This document shows positions 62,581 through 64,000 of a stretch of 64,000 nucleotides of DNA, piece after piece. Position 1 is the stretch's first letter. Each line of letters opens with the position of its first letter. The DNA comes from Adineta vaga (Eukaryota > Animalia > Rotifera), in NCBI GenBank assembly GCA_021613535.1, contig CP075493.1, positions 4,278,001 to 4,342,000 of the forward strand. The letters run 5' to 3'. The notes below the pieces were generated by a model. That model did no database searches. It had not been told where the DNA came from and saw nothing but the letters and a program-made list of their open reading frames with translations. The translations under genes and the position numbers were made by a program.

Positions 62581-63787
62581 TTGATCAGATTTAATATATT
62601 CTTTTTGTTGTTTATCAGTTTCAATTTTCAATATCACCCATCAAAACAATTTGTTAGCGCTAAAAAGAAAGAAAATAATATTTTCTTATTTATTACGAAG
62701 TATAAATTATACGTCATGATGACAAGGTATTTTTTGTTCTATCTGATGTAATGCTATTGGTTACAAATAAATATTTATAAGTAATGAGAGGTGTGTGTAA
62801 AAACAGAACAAAATTGGGTACTTAACCTCATATATATTTTGCTGAAAGAAAGAATATTTTTCTAGATTATAATGATAATGAATGCTGGGTTCAAAGATAT
62901 ATGCTGAATAGATTTTCTCAAGTGTTCTTTATAGTAAATAATTATCATCATGTATGCATTAGGATATACTATGCTCAGAAGAAAGAGAAAAATAATATGA
63001 TGGCGTTAGTTGCTATAGTGAATATTTGTCACACCCTCAAGGATATTGACAGAAAAGTCACATGAAAATAGAAAAAAAAGCATTTTCGTTTTAAGAACAA
63101 AAAACATCCATTAAAAGTATTATTCATGTTTTGATATATAAGTACTTATATGTATAAATACAACAGCTAAACGTTTTCTTTTGACAGCAACTTTTTTTTT
63201 ATCCTTAAGTTTCCATTAAAATGAGAAAAAGTACATTCGATATCAAAAATACAAGTAAAAGAAAAATAAGGATTTATTATAAATTTCAAAAATTAACAGA
63301 TGTCTAGATATTTTTTTTAAATTAAATTCTATCATTTAAAGAATAACGTTAATTTTATTCAAGTAAGTTTCGATCTGAAAAAAATACGACAGATCTGCTA
63401 GCGTCATTTCACATTACTCGAAGGGGTTCCCGTTGAAATTTTTTTTTCTTCTGATGCAATGTAGGTGATTTATGCTAGAGAAGATAAGAAATTGTCCTAT
63501 GTCGTTTTTTTTCTTTCTCATTGTCGACATCGACCAAAGACAAATGGTAAACTATATTTTACTGCATTATTCAATTGTTTTACAATTTTAAAAACTTCAT
63601 ATCTAAATTCATAGAGCTCGCGTAACTATCATAATTTTACTTAAATATATGAATAATAATCACAAGATAGAAAGATATCTTTTGGATAAATAAAAAAGAA
63701 ACAAATGAAGCGTAGCAATATATGACATATAATATGGATAGAAAATATATCTTTTTCTCTCTTATTTGAGATTTTATACTTTAGATA

Positions 63788-63812
63788 TTCTATTCTATTC
63801 TATTCTATTCTA
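63788..63812 (+). repeat. (TTCTA)5 microsatellite
   Basis: Read directly from the sequence. Confidence 0.85.
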
Positions 63813-63828
63813 TTAATCATTAAAATCA

Positions 63829-64000
63829 ATGTCGAAACATTTATTTAGACAGGTATTATTCAAAGAGATATATTTGTATATATATATATATATTAATCGA
63901 ATAAATTCTTATTACAGTTCTTCGAACATGAATCATCAACATATACATATTTATTGGCTGATTTAACAACAAAAGAAGCATTAGTTATTGATCCTGTTGT
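63829..64000 (+). CDS. ETHE1: Persulfide dioxygenase ETHE1 (5' part, truncated by the window end; intron 63853-63917)
   Basis: Spliced MSKHLFRQ|FFEHESSTYTYLLADLTTKEALVIDPV matches the conserved ETHE1/PDO N-terminus (FRQLFE..SxTYTYLL.D....EA..IDPV). Confidence 0.82.

Noticed and set aside
1-64000. CRISPR arrays, rRNA, autonomous transposase or RT
   Set aside because: None seen; the repeats are gene duplications and microsatellites.

Overview
AT-rich, gene-dense eukaryotic DNA with short (~50-60 nt) GT-AG introns. The gene families (F-box/LRR-like expansions, orphan class-A GPCRs, NHL and kelch relics, intron-bearing genes of non-metazoan type) fit a bdelloid rotifer such as Adineta or Rotaria; this assignment is inference. 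Main points: (1) an intron-containing, apparently mitochondrion-targeted CYP55/P450nor nitric-oxide reductase, not a known animal enzyme, lying near two YeeE/YedE sulfur transporters that sit head-to-head with an ETHE1 persulfide dioxygenase, a candidate NO/H2S low-oxygen detox neighbourhood; (2) a predicted spliced fusion of an ankyrin-like region, oligoribonuclease and a VP39/NCLDV-type cap 2'-O-methyltransferase fold whose catalytic Asp and Lys are replaced, convergent on an intronless BIR-BIR-RING IAP; (3) an eight-copy SDR array with chimeric copies, one catalytically dead copy, a tandem duplication, and a 913-bp TIR element whose empty site is visible in the paralogous repeat; (4) a 3.5-LIM + RBR E3 fusion; (5) a knottin-like secreted prepropeptide and a spliced 45-aa microprotein missed by the ORF track. 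All gene models were spliced by eye; no database searches were run.
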